A stretch of 64,000 bases of DNA, taken from positions 73,349 through 137,348 of the forward strand of contig JBMFSQ010000008.1 in NCBI GenBank assembly GCA_049967475.1, read 5' to 3'. Shown in pieces: positions 44,513 to 54,342 of the stretch (positions are counted from its first letter, which is position 1; each line of letters opens with the position of its first letter). Origin of the DNA: Chthonomonadales bacterium. GTDB lineage: Bacteria; Armatimonadota; Chthonomonadetes; Chthonomonadales; CAJBBX01. The notes below the pieces were generated by a model, which did no database searches, was not told the DNA's origin, and was given only the letters and a program-made list of their open reading frames with translations. The translations under genes and the position numbers were made by a program.

Positions 44513-47074
44513 CTACGCTGCTCGCCGCCGAACGTCCGGCTCGGGAGACTTGCGGCGTACCCGCGTACGGTGTGCCAGCAGCCCGAGTTTGCGCTCCGTC
44601 TTCTGGTTGTACATGCGTGTATCCGCCACAGCCAAGAGTGAGGCGCAATCGGCGCCGTCGCCCGGGTAGCAGGCGTAGCCCACGCTCACGCCCAATCGGA
44701 TCGCCCCAAGGCGGGGGTGAACAAGGGCGGGATCGAATTGGGCGACGGCCTCCTGCAGACGCCGGGCCATGGAAAGCGCTTCCTTCTCCCCTGCATTTTG
44801 AAGAACGATCACGAACTCATCCCCGCCGTAACGCACCACGATGTCGTCTTCTCGGATGATGCTTCGGAAGACGGCGCTGAGTTCCTTGAGTACCTGGTCG
44901 CCGCGCTGATGGCCGAAGTTGTCGTTGATGGGCTTGAAGCTGTCCAGATCCAAGCACAGAAGGGCGAAGCGGTCCGACTGCGGCTCAAATTCACCCTTCT
45001 CTTGCCCTGAAGGTTGGGCATCCTCGGCCGGCGGGAGAAGCCGCTGCGTAGCGGGCATATGGGGGGTGGTTCGGGCACAGCGGTCATTGACGTATTGGTG
45101 CAGGTAACGCAGGTTGAGCAACCCGGTGAGGGGATCGGTGAGGGCGTGGCTGCGCGTTCGGTCGAAGAGGAGGCCGTTGAAGATGGCCATGGCGGCCCGG
45201 TCGGCAATGGTTTCCAATAACTGACGGTCATGGGGGCCGAAAGCGTGGGGCGCCGGATGATAAAGGTTGATTGTGCCAAGCACTTCCGCTTCGTGAATGA
45301 TGGGTACGATGAGCGTGCTGTTGAGAGGTGTCCACTCTTCGCCTTCCACACTCGTGAGCATCAAATCGTCGGGGTCATAGGGACCCCAATAGGTCTTGCG
45401 CGTGCGGGCGACCACCATGGACCTGGAGGTAGCATTGATGGTGGCACAGCCTCGGAAAAAGGCGCTGTTGACGCCCACGGAAGTCTTTGACACAAGGCGG
45501 CCACTTGCAGGATCCTTGAGCATGAAGACGCACGAAGTCCCCGGCATGATGGAAGAGATTTTGCCCGCGAGAATGTCCAGGGTCTCCTTGAGACCGATGG
45601 AGGCCGACAACGTTTGGGCAACTTCGTAAAGCGCCCAAAGCTCGGAAGAGGCCCGCTGGATATCGCGCACGGCTTGATCGGATTTGGAGGCTGGATCTGC
45701 GGAAGCAGATTGGGCGTTCTTGGCTGCGAGGGGTCCGAAGCCTTCTTCGGCCATCTGTTGTACAAGAGGAGTGATGATGTTGAGGAATGCGTCCACCACG
45801 CGCGGATCAAAGTGGCTTCCCGCTCCCTGCCGAATAACTTCCATCGCCTTTTCGTGGCTCCATGCGCTGCGGTAGGAGCGTGTGGAGGTGAGGGCGTCGT
45901 ACACGTCGGCAACGGCTAGAACGCGGGCTGTGAGGGGGATCTCTTCACCCTTGAGGCCGTCCGGGTATCCCGTACCGTCCCACTTTTCGTGGTGATGCTT
46001 TACCACCGGGACGACGGGCCACGGGAATTCCACGGGATCCAAGATTGCAGCGCCGATTTCGGGATGCTTCTTGATCTTGGCAAACTCTTCGTCTGTGAGG
46101 CGGCCGGGCTTGAGCAGCACATATTCCGGCACTCCCAACTTGCCGATATCGTGCAGTAACGCGCCAGTATTAACCGCTTCCAGATCCGCCCCGGAAAGTC
46201 CCAGGTACTGGGCCGTGGCTACAGCGTACCGCTGTACGCGAAGGATGTGCTGGTGCGTATACTGGTCTTTGGCATCTATTGCCAAGGCGAGGCTCTTGAT
46301 CGTAGCGAGGTAGAGATCGGCGAGCCGTGCCTGGCTGATCTGAAGCTCTTCGATGTGCTGCTGCTTCTCCTCGGCACGGGCCGTGTACACCGCATAGGAC
46401 TGGTAGGTGAAGTAGGCCACCGGCGAGCCGAAAAGAAGTGCAACTCCGATGTTGTGCCCAAAGAGGATCAGTCCCAGTGTGGCAACGGAGGCTCCCATGA
46501 AATAGCTTGGGGCGGTCCAAAGGAACGAGTTCTTCCACACCTCATAAGGGCGTTTACCCGTACTGAAGCCGATCGCCATGGCTACGCCGCCGGTGTTGAT
46601 GCCGTAATAGGCCAGGGTCGCTGCGGACACGGCCGGCAGCGAGGACGCCGGCGTGATGCGGAGGCTGTACCCGTTGAAGATTAGGAAAACCATTCCCGAC
46701 AGCCACGCTTCCAGCGCTGCCAAGGACACATTGAAGGCTGCCTGGTACAATGGCTGCCGGCGGGGGTAGAGGCAACCGGAAAGCGTGGCCAATCCTCCAA
46801 CTAAAAGACCGGCGCCTGGACCGAGGCGCAGGAGGGACATGAAGGTAATCGTAAAGCCCAGGGACATAGACCCCACGTCTTCGGAACCTTTGTGGCGCAT
46901 GAGCTGCACCTTTTTGCCTCCCGCGAGGAGGGCCAGTCCCGCAAAGAGAGGTAATTCCCACGAGGCGGCGGAGGTGGGGGGATTTCTGAAGACAAAAGAG
47001 CATATGGCCGCTTCAATCCCGAAGAGGTACACGGCCAAGAGGTAGATGCGGGCTTTGATGGGCAAATTGCGCAT
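44513..47074 (-). CDS. membrane-anchored HD-GYP-GAF-GGDEF c-di-GMP turnover protein
   Basis: About 7 N-terminal TMs; HDIGK...HHEKWDGTGYP; GAF region; REDD I-site and RYGGDEF. Confidence 0.92.
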   Translation of the reverse strand: MRNLPIKARIYLLAVYLFGIEAAICSFVFRNPPTSAASWELPLFAGLALLAGGKKVQLMRHKGSEDVGSMSLGFTITFMSLLRLGPGAGLLVGGLATLSGCLYPRRQPLYQAAFNVSLAALEAWLSGMVFLIFNGYSLRITPASSLPAVSAATLAYYGINTGGVAMAIGFSTGKRPYEVWKNSFLWTAPSYFMGASVATLGLILFGHNIGVALLFGSPVAYFTYQSYAVYTARAEEKQQHIEELQISQARLADLYLATIKSLALAIDAKDQYTHQHILRVQRYAVATAQYLGLSGADLEAVNTGALLHDIGKLGVPEYVLLKPGRLTDEEFAKIKKHPEIGAAILDPVEFPWPVVPVVKHHHEKWDGTGYPDGLKGEEIPLTARVLAVADVYDALTSTRSYRSAWSHEKAMEVIRQGAGSHFDPRVVDAFLNIITPLVQQMAEEGFGPLAAKNAQSASADPASKSDQAVRDIQRASSELWALYEVAQTLSASIGLKETLDILAGKISSIMPGTSCVFMLKDPASGRLVSKTSVGVNSAFFRGCATINATSRSMVVARTRKTYWGPYDPDDLMLTSVEGEEWTPLNSTLIVPIIHEAEVLGTINLYHPAPHAFGPHDRQLLETIADRAAMAIFNGLLFDRTRSHALTDPLTGLLNLRYLHQYVNDRCARTTPHMPATQRLLPPAEDAQPSGQEKGEFEPQSDRFALLCLDLDSFKPINDNFGHQRGDQVLKELSAVFRSIIREDDIVVRYGGDEFVIVLQNAGEKEALSMARRLQEAVAQFDPALVHPRLGAIRLGVSVGYACYPGDGADCASLLAVADTRMYNQKTERKLGLLAHRTRVRRKSPEPDVRRRAA

Positions 47075-47303
47075 AACAGGAGCCTTCGGCTAGAAATGAT
47101 TGACTTGCAGCAGACCTAGGAAGCATCCATTCGGCACATCTGCCGTAACGTTTCAGGGGTTCCCCCGGCGAAAGACGCTTCCAGCAACTTGGTCCCTAGA
47201 GTTTCACGGGCGGGCCTTCGGATCCGCCCCTGCTTTCGATTGCCATTGTGGTCTCCTGCTTCTATGTTCGGCATCCTAGGGCCATTCCTGAAGCATTTCG
47301 GGA

Positions 47304-47332
47304 TTTACCAGTTGTGGGAAAGGGTGTATAAT
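47304..47332 (+). promoter_or_regulatory. sigma70-type promoter for glmU-prs
   Basis: TTTACC-N17-TATAAT. Confidence 0.6.
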
Positions 47333-47431
47333 GGGTCGCTAGTCGTTTCCCGGTGCGTGCCCATGGCTGGTTTTGCGGTGAGGGCGGTTCGGCAATCCCC
47401 CGTTTGTGCGAAGTAGGAGCTATAAGAACGC

Positions 47432-48859
47432 ATGCCCGATGTACATTCACAGGAAAGTCCCTTGGGCCGGCCGTTGCGGGCAGCAGTGATTTTGGCCGCC
47501 GGCAAGTCTACGCGGATGCGCTCGGCCATCCCCAAAGCCTTGCATTCGATGTGCGGCCGCCCGCTTACGCGGCACGTAGTCGAAGCGTGCAAGGCAGCTG
47601 GGATCTCGCGCATCATCGTGGTGGTGGGGCACCAGGCTGAAGCCGTGAAAGCAGGGCTTGGGGATGACGTGGAATACGCCTTGCAGGAACGGCCGCTAGG
47701 CACAGGCGATGCCGCGAGAGCTGCAGAGCCCCTCTTGAGGGATTGGCAGGGCACCGTACTTGTCCTCGCCGGCGACGTCCCGCTCTTGCGTCCTCAAACG
47801 ATTGAGCGAATGATGGTATTTCATGAAGCGCGCGGAGCCGCCGCAACCCTCCTGACCGCCTTTCTGGATGATCCCACAGGTTACGGGCGCATCGTGCGAG
47901 GGCCCGACGGATCGGTGATGCGCATCGTGGAGCATAAGGATGCTACCGAGCAGGAGCGGGCCATCAAGGAGTGGAACCCGTCCATCTATGCTTTTCGGGG
48001 CCCCATGCTCTTCGAGGCGGTGAGGAAGTTGCGCCCCGAGAATGCCCAGGGCGAGCTCTACCTCACTGATGCAATCGAACTGCTCACTTCCAGCGGACAC
48101 CGTGTGGAGGCCGTCGCCGCTGAGGATGTGCGTGAGGTGCTGGGCGTCAACACGCGCGTGGAGTTGGCGGAAGCCGCAGCGATCCTCCGACGGCGCATTT
48201 TGGAAGACCTGATGCTGGGCGGGGTCACGATTACGGATCCGGCTTCCACCTACGTGGATGTAGGGGTGTCCGTTGGGATGGACACGGTGCTTCACCCTCA
48301 AACGTTCCTGGAGGGCGCAACCAGCATCGGCGAGGGCTGCACCGTCGGTCCGTGTGTGCGTTTAATGGACACGTCTGTGGGCCACCGGTGCACCATCGTG
48401 TCTTCCCAGATTGTGGAGTGTTCTATAGGCAGCGGAGTTCGCATCGGCCCCTTTGCAAATCTGAGGCCGGGGTGTCGCATTGCAGACGGCGCCAAGGTCG
48501 GCGACTTTGTCGAACTGAAGAACGCAGTCATCGGTGAGCGAGTGTCTGCGGCGCATCTCAGCTATATCGGAGATGCGCATGTTGGGGCAGGCACCAATAT
48601 CGGAGCGGGAACGATTACCTGCAACTATGACGGAGCCGCAAAGCACCGCACAGTAATCGGTGAGCGTGTCTTCGTGGGTTCCCACGCCACGCTCATTGCC
48701 CCGGTTACCGTAGGGGATGGCGCCTATGTTGCCGCGGCGAGCGCGGTGGATGAAGACGTACCCGAGGATGCCCTCGTGATTGCCCGCTGCCGGCAGACAG
48801 TAAAGCCTGGGTGGGCCAAACGCAAGCGTGAGGAACGGGCGAGGGGATCCCGGCAATAG
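47432..48859 (+). CDS. glmU: bifunctional UDP-GlcNAc pyrophosphorylase / GlcN-1-P acetyltransferase
   Basis: LAAGKSTRM, NAQGELYLTD, hexapeptide repeats, HLSYIGDA, TCNYDG. Confidence 0.96.
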   Translation: MPDVHSQESPLGRPLRAAVILAAGKSTRMRSAIPKALHSMCGRPLTRHVVEACKAAGISRIIVVVGHQAEAVKAGLGDDVEYALQERPLGTGDAARAAEPLLRDWQGTVLVLAGDVPLLRPQTIERMMVFHEARGAAATLLTAFLDDPTGYGRIVRGPDGSVMRIVEHKDATEQERAIKEWNPSIYAFRGPMLFEAVRKLRPENAQGELYLTDAIELLTSSGHRVEAVAAEDVREVLGVNTRVELAEAAAILRRRILEDLMLGGVTITDPASTYVDVGVSVGMDTVLHPQTFLEGATSIGEGCTVGPCVRLMDTSVGHRCTIVSSQIVECSIGSGVRIGPFANLRPGCRIADGAKVGDFVELKNAVIGERVSAAHLSYIGDAHVGAGTNIGAGTITCNYDGAAKHRTVIGERVFVGSHATLIAPVTVGDGAYVAAASAVDEDVPEDALVIARCRQTVKPGWAKRKREERARGSRQ

Positions 48860-48895
48860 GGTGTTCCTGGCACCGGTACAGTACGAGGGAGAGAC

Positions 48896-49861
<966 letters not shown>

Positions 49862-49887
49862 AGCGGCCGGCTCTGTGCATGAGGAGA

Positions 49888-49927
49888 GATAGGCTGGGCA
49901 GACCGCGTGGAGTCTGCCCAGCCTATC
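49888..49927. terminator. perfect 16-bp hairpin between convergent prs and 6S RNA
   Basis: GATAGGCTGGGCAGAC-N8-GTCTGCCCAGCCTATC; no clear U tract. Confidence 0.65.
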
Positions 49928-49937
49928 ATCACATTCG

Positions 49938-50115
49938 GCCCCGCGGTGCCGTGTGCCCCTGAGTTCTTGAACCCGATAAGCACGGGCGGATGACCGCCGG
50001 TTTGCCTCGCGATTCCTCCAAATTGGAGGCTGCCACTTGGCGTTCCGAGACGATCTCCATGTTTATGGGTGTTGGCTCAGAACTTCAGCGGAACATCACC
50101 AATCACCTGCAGGGC
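49938..50115 (-). ncRNA. ssrS: 6S RNA
   Basis: 178 nt. 5' GCCCUGCAGGUG pairs with 3' CACCGCGGGGC; CUGAAGUUCUGAGCC pairs with GGUUCAAGAACUCAG; A/C-rich central bubble; 3' GGGUUCAA...ACGGCAC signature as in Firmicutes-type 6S; own promoter upstream. Confidence 0.8.
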
Positions 50116-50135
50116 GCTGCAACCTGCATGATGCT

Positions 50136-50164
50136 ATTCTACCACGCCTCACCTGCGCCGGCAA
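50136..50164 (-). promoter_or_regulatory. sigma70 promoter of the 6S RNA
   Basis: TTGCCG-N17-TAGAAT with TGn extension. Confidence 0.7.
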
Positions 50165-50279
50165 GCAGTGGGCCCTAAGTGCGGCGCGGCAATTCCGATG
50201 CTTCGCCCTCGCAAACGCCTTGCGAACGAACGTTCCCAACGACGGTCCCCGTGCCGAGATCTTTGGCTGCACACCACCC

Positions 50280-50308
50280 TTGACATTGTCGCTTGGTTTG
50301 TTTATATT
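50280..50308 (+). promoter_or_regulatory. sigma70 promoter of sigH
   Basis: TTGACA-N17-TATATT. Confidence 0.75.
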
Positions 50309-50414
50309 AGTCAACGTCGAGCCTGAGCCCGCATCAATGCTAGGGCAGGCCGGTGTGGCCCGGCGGTGCCTTTCGGCGCTGGGCGGGCTTCTCGCCACCA
50401 CGGGGAGGGTTGCC

Positions 50415-51152
50415 ATGGCTTCACCCAAGCTGGATGGACGCCTCAACTTCGCCATGATGTCCGACGAGGAGATCGTAGCCTGTGCCCGTGAAGGAAACCC
50501 CGGCGCCGTGGAATATCTGCTCGCAAAATACCGCCACATGGTGGAAGGAAAGGCCCGAACCTACTACCTTACGGGCGCCGACAGGGACGACGTAGTCCAG
50601 GAAGGAATGATCGGCCTCTTCAAGGCGATAAGAGACTACCGCACAGACCGCTTGAGCCAATTCCGCGGCTTTGCGGAACTGTGCGTCACCCGCCAGATCA
50701 TCACCGCAGTGAAGACCGCCACACGCCAGAAGCACGGCCCCCTCAATGAGTACATCTCTCTGCATCACCCTGTTCTTGATTGGGAGGGAGAGGGTACACT
50801 CATTGAGTGCATCGCAGACGAGCGTGTGGAAGATCCCGCCGCCTCTATGCTCCATCGGAGGAATGCCGTAGTCCTTCGAGAGCAGGTGGCCGATGCACTG
50901 TCGGACTTGGAAGTTCGCGTGTTGCAGCGCTATCTGGAGGGAAAGACCTACCGGGAGATCTCACGAGAGTTGCACTGCCGCACCAAGTGCATTGACAATG
51001 CGCTTCAGCGCGCAAAGCGCAAGGTGGGGTTGCTCTTGTTGCAGGATGGTGTTGTGGCCGGCACCCGAATGGAACTTCCCATGCGCAGGGACCACGCAGT
51101 TGCAGCAAGCCGCAGGCGAAGTGTCCGTCGTGCCGCACCGCCGCCCTCCTGA
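50415..51152 (+). CDS. sigH: RNA polymerase sigma factor, SigH (Spo0H) family
   Basis: GADRDDVVQEGMIGLFKAIRDY, FAELCVTRQIITAVKTATRQKHGPLN, KCIDNALQRAKRK; GGGAGG RBS. Confidence 0.9.
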   Translation: MASPKLDGRLNFAMMSDEEIVACAREGNPGAVEYLLAKYRHMVEGKARTYYLTGADRDDVVQEGMIGLFKAIRDYRTDRLSQFRGFAELCVTRQIITAVKTATRQKHGPLNEYISLHHPVLDWEGEGTLIECIADERVEDPAASMLHRRNAVVLREQVADALSDLEVRVLQRYLEGKTYREISRELHCRTKCIDNALQRAKRKVGLLLLQDGVVAGTRMELPMRRDHAVAASRRRSVRRAAPPPS

Positions 51153-51188
51153 TACCAACGCGGCCAAGGAGACGTCTTATTCATACAG

Positions 51189-51261
51189 GCCTCAGTAGCT
51201 CAGCCGGTAGAGCAACGCTCTTGTAAAGCGAAGGTCAGCGGTTCGAGTCCGCTCTGAGGCT
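51189..51261 (+). tRNA. tRNA-Thr(UGU)
   Basis: GCCTCAG/CTGAGGC acceptor stem, anticodon loop CTTGTAA, GGTTCGAGTCC; no encoded CCA. Confidence 0.93.
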
Positions 51262-51269
51262 TAGGAGAC

Positions 51270-51312
51270 CGTCCGGTTCGTGCGGGGTGTCCCCGCGAAA
51301 CCGGACGTTTTT
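51270..51312 (+). terminator. intrinsic terminator after tRNA-Thr
   Basis: CGTCCGGTT..GCGGGG/CCCCGC..AACCGGACG followed by TTTTT. Confidence 0.75.
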
Positions 51313-51367
51313 CATTCACTGGGTGAAGATTTGGGCAGGGTTCCGGGGTTCGCGGGTGGAGGGCATT

Positions 51368-54247
51368 ATGGGCGAGGAGGTGGGACTGCTTACGTTCTTG
51401 CTTACGGATATCGAGGGGAGCGCGAAGGCATGGGAAGCTGATCCTGGGATGATGCGCCGGGCGCTTCAGCACCACGACCAGCTAGTGGGCGACATCATTC
51501 GAAAAGCGGGAGGCACCGTCTTCAAGACCTTGGGCGACGGCGTATGCGCCGTATTCCACGAGGCGACCGCTGCCGTGTCTGCAGCGCTGTCCATACAAGT
51601 TGCGCTCAACGAAGGAGATGCAGGCGAATGGGAGCCGGGAGATGTTGTGGCGGCTCGCCAGCCTCTGCGGACGAGGATGGGCCTCCACTCGGGCTCTGCA
51701 GAGGAGCGCAGCGGGGATTACTTGGGGCCCGCCGTCAACCGCACCGCGCGCATTCGCGATGCTGCCCACGGAGGGCAGATCCTGCTTTCCCAGGCTACGG
51801 CGGCGCTCGTGCAGGACCACCTTCCCCAAGGTGCGGCGCTCAAACAGTTGGGTCTCCATCGCTTGAAGGATCTGCAGCGTCCGGAGAACCTTTACCAACT
51901 CACGCATCCTGCACTGCGAGAGGATTTCGGGCCCCTACGCACCCTGAGTGTCGCCAGGCACAATCTGCCCGTGGATCTTACCAGCTTCATCGGGCGGGAC
52001 GTTGAGCTGGCTGAAGTGCGGAACCATTTGCGTCGTAGCCGCCTCGTCACCCTTACCGGCGCAGGCGGGTGCGGCAAGACCCGTTTGGCGCTCCACGGAG
52101 CCGCAGAGATGGCCGCCGACTTCGACGGGGGCGTATGGCTGGTGGAATTGGGTCCCCTGGCGGACGCATCCCTCGTGCCGGGGGCAATCGCCGGCGTTCT
52201 GCACCTTCGCGAGGATGCCCGTAGACCCCCAATTGAAGCTGCAGCCGATTACCTTCAGGATAAGGAAGCCCTGGTTGTGCTCGATAATTGCGAGCATCTC
52301 GTAGATGCGGTGGCTGCCGCCGCCGAGTACCTGCTGAGACGTTGTGTGGGCGTGCGCATCTTGGCCACCAGCCGGGAACCGTTGAGAATTCCCGGTGAAT
52401 TGGTGTGGAAGGTGCCATCCCTCGCCATGCCTTCCCAGATGCGTGGCGACGTTGCAGAGGTGCTTGGGTGCGAAGCGGTGCTGCTTTTTATGGATCGCGC
52501 CCGCGCTGCTTGGCCCGGCTACCAGGTGGACCCCAACTCTGCCCCAATTCTCCTGCATATCTGCCGGGCGTTGGATGGCATCCCGCTGGCCATCGAACTC
52601 GCTGCGGCCAAGGTTCGCATTCTTTCCCTGGAACAGATTGCCGAGCGGTTGAGCCGCCGCTTTGCGCTCCTAGCAGGCGGAGGGAGGACCGCCTTGCCGC
52701 GGCACCGAACGCTCAGGGCGACGATTGAGTGGAGCTATGACCTGCTCTCCGCGATGGAACGCCTGCTTTTCCACCGGTTGGCTGTGTTTTCAGGGGGCTT
52801 CACTCTCGAAGCTGCGGAGTTCGTTTGTGCGGACGCCGAGTTGGCCGCAGACATGGTTCTGGACCTCTTGGCGGCGCTCGTGGATAAATCCATGGTTGTG
52901 GTGGACGAAGACGCCGCAGCGCCCCGCTATCGGCTTTTGGAGACCATGCGCGAGTTCGCTTTGGAAAAATCGGCCGAAGAGGAAGGTGGCGACACCCTCA
53001 GAGACCGGCACCTTCAATACTACCGCGACTTGGCAGAGGAGGCCATGGTGGGCGTATTAGGCCCCAGGCAGCCGTTCTGGCTGGATCGCCTGGAGCGCGA
53101 GCATGACAATATGCGCGCTGCTATCCACTGGTGTAGGATTGCACCCTCACACGATGAAGACGGACTTCGGCTGGCGGGTGCCTTGTCGCGCTTCTGGTTC
53201 ATCAGGGGATACCTGAGCGAGGGCCGAAGGCATCTTGCTTCCGTTCTGGCCCACCGCGCCACGCGAGCTACACGGGGATGGGCCATGGCCCACAATGGCG
53301 CCGGTATTCTTGCCTATGCCCAGAGTGACCTTACAGACGCAATGGCGCACTACAAAGCAGCCCTGGATCTGTGGCGCCTGCTGGATGATGCGTCAGGCGT
53401 AGCCGGAACCCTCAACAATTTGGGATTGGCGCTTGTAGAGGGCGGGAATGCGCCCGAAGCAGTGCCTATGCTCGAGGAGAGCCTGAAACTGTACGACGAT
53501 CTTGGAGATGCTGCGGGTTCCGCCAAGGTGTTGAACAATTTGGGCATTGCATCCTACCGGCAGGGATTGCTGCAACAGGCGCGGAACTATTACAACCGGA
53601 GCTTGCAGATACGCCGTGATATGGGCGCAGAAGGTGCAGCCGCCGAGTGCCTGAGCAACCTGGGCGAGATCGCCTTCGCCGAGGGCGAATTCGCACAGGC
53701 GAGCGAGCTCTTTCACCAGAGCCTTGCAATCCTGCGCCGCATGGACGACCGCAGAGCGCTGTGTCATGTGTCTTACAACTGCGGCGAGGCGCTTTTCGCG
53801 GTCGGGGATTTGGCGGGAGCCAAGGCGGCCTACCAGGAGAGCCTGCAGACGGCCCGCTTCCTTGGGGATGCCCGGTGTGAGGTTCGCGCACTCTGCCATC
53901 TTGGGGAATTGGCGGCATCGAGCGGCGACATTGCGGCGGCGCGCGACGCCTTTCAATCCGGCATCCGGTTATGCGACCAATGCGGCGAGGTTTATTCCCG
54001 GCGGTGCCGAACCGGATTGGCTTGGGTCATTCTGCAGGAAGGCAATGCGGAGGAGGCGGCGATCCTCCTCGGGTCAGCCCAATCTTCATCCATGGCCCAG
54101 GCATCGGGCGGGCCGCTGGAAGAGGCTCTTCGAAAGCAGGCGCTCGACGTCTTGGGCGAGGCACGGTTTGACGCTGCCTTCGCAGTGGGCCAATCTCGCG
54201 CGGCAGCCGTGGCCAAGAGGTCGGAGCGCGCAGCCCATCAACGCTGA
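51368..54247 (+). CDS. class III nucleotide cyclase-STAND NTPase-TPR signalling protein
   Basis: TDIEGS, FKTLGDG, DYLGPAVNRTAR; Walker A GAGGCGKT, LVVLDNCEH, LDGIPLAIELAAA; C-terminal TPR repeats (LNNLG). Confidence 0.9.
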   Translation: MGEEVGLLTFLLTDIEGSAKAWEADPGMMRRALQHHDQLVGDIIRKAGGTVFKTLGDGVCAVFHEATAAVSAALSIQVALNEGDAGEWEPGDVVAARQPLRTRMGLHSGSAEERSGDYLGPAVNRTARIRDAAHGGQILLSQATAALVQDHLPQGAALKQLGLHRLKDLQRPENLYQLTHPALREDFGPLRTLSVARHNLPVDLTSFIGRDVELAEVRNHLRRSRLVTLTGAGGCGKTRLALHGAAEMAADFDGGVWLVELGPLADASLVPGAIAGVLHLREDARRPPIEAAADYLQDKEALVVLDNCEHLVDAVAAAAEYLLRRCVGVRILATSREPLRIPGELVWKVPSLAMPSQMRGDVAEVLGCEAVLLFMDRARAAWPGYQVDPNSAPILLHICRALDGIPLAIELAAAKVRILSLEQIAERLSRRFALLAGGGRTALPRHRTLRATIEWSYDLLSAMERLLFHRLAVFSGGFTLEAAEFVCADAELAADMVLDLLAALVDKSMVVVDEDAAAPRYRLLETMREFALEKSAEEEGGDTLRDRHLQYYRDLAEEAMVGVLGPRQPFWLDRLEREHDNMRAAIHWCRIAPSHDEDGLRLAGALSRFWFIRGYLSEGRRHLASVLAHRATRATRGWAMAHNGAGILAYAQSDLTDAMAHYKAALDLWRLLDDASGVAGTLNNLGLALVEGGNAPEAVPMLEESLKLYDDLGDAAGSAKVLNNLGIASYRQGLLQQARNYYNRSLQIRRDMGAEGAAAECLSNLGEIAFAEGEFAQASELFHQSLAILRRMDDRRALCHVSYNCGEALFAVGDLAGAKAAYQESLQTARFLGDARCEVRALCHLGELAASSGDIAAARDAFQSGIRLCDQCGEVYSRRCRTGLAWVILQEGNAEEAAILLGSAQSSSMAQASGGPLEEALRKQALDVLGEARFDAAFAVGQSRAAAVAKRSERAAHQR

Positions 54248-54342
54248 CGGCCGCGGGCTGCCGGCCGGATGCCGAACACGCTGCCGCCACCCAGCGTAAC
54301 CCGTTTCGTGTGAAGGTGGACCATTGGGAAGGAGGCGATGAA

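Noticed and set aside
47075..47300. c-di-GMP riboswitch upstream of the cyclase or PilZ genes
   Set aside because: No GGCAAA..GAAA..GACGCAAA class I pattern and no recognisable class II pattern, here or at 44389-44512.
50037..50414. 126-aa N-terminal extension of SigH in the ORF track
   Set aside because: It overlaps the 6S RNA and both promoters; the real start is ATG 50415 with an RBS.
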